From positions 72,311-136,310 of the forward strand of contig JAEHCQ010000005.1 in NCBI GenBank assembly GCA_020696385.1: DNA of 64,000 nt. The letters are read 5' to 3'. Below the pieces are notes generated by a model. That model was not told the origin of the DNA and did no database searches. It worked only from the letters and a program-made list of their open reading frames with translations. The stretch comes from Methanobacteriota archaeon (GTDB lineage Archaea > Thermoplasmatota > Thermoplasmata > SG8-5 > JAGLSY01). Below, piece by piece: positions 63,934 through 64,000 of the stretch (positions within the stretch are counted from its first letter, which is position 1; each line of letters opens with the position of its first letter). A program made the translations under genes and the position numbers.

Positions 63934-64000
63934 ATGACATCATCCTATCTTGATGACGACGACCGGGTATTTTACGGTGGAGAGAAATCGAGCGAATCCT
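63934..64000 (+). CDS. Start of a CDS truncated by the window edge
   Basis: ATG about 30 bp after a TATA-like tttttata; open to the end of the window. Confidence 0.45.
   Translation, partial: MTSSYLDDDDRVFYGGEKSSES

Overview
Archaeal chromosomal segment with TATA/BRE-type promoters, Nop5, AglB, archaeal LeuS, tetraether synthase and GGR. The gene set suggests an anaerobic, peptide-degrading Thermoplasmatota-like organism; the taxonomy is inference. Housekeeping genes include hom, mtnA, nop5, thiL, thiC, corA, mutL, pyrF, purQ, rlmE, nrdD and leuS. Other content: a W/Mo aldehyde:ferredoxin oxidoreductase, a tes-ferredoxin-GGR lipid operon (the 56-aa ferredoxin is missing from the ORF track), a 2404-aa AglB and several secreted or surface proteins. 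No rRNA, tRNA, CRISPR array, transposase or integrase was recognised. Most unusual signals: (1) thiC and purQ are each followed by a short structured spacer and a second, mostly synonymously diverged copy of their own 3' end, and an AT-rich orphan gene is flanked by a 39-bp direct repeat that starts at a hairpin. Together these suggest an undescribed 3'-end-replacement or gene-capture process. (2) A citF-citryl-CoA lyase-citF cluster without citD/citE. (3) An RlmN-like radical SAM enzyme lacking the resolving Cys, in an operon with a CxxC-less TrxR-like flavoprotein and a cysteine hydrolase. (4) Tandem palindromic 22-bp sites between nrdD and a divergent wHTH-like gene. (5) Several highly structured intergenic elements.
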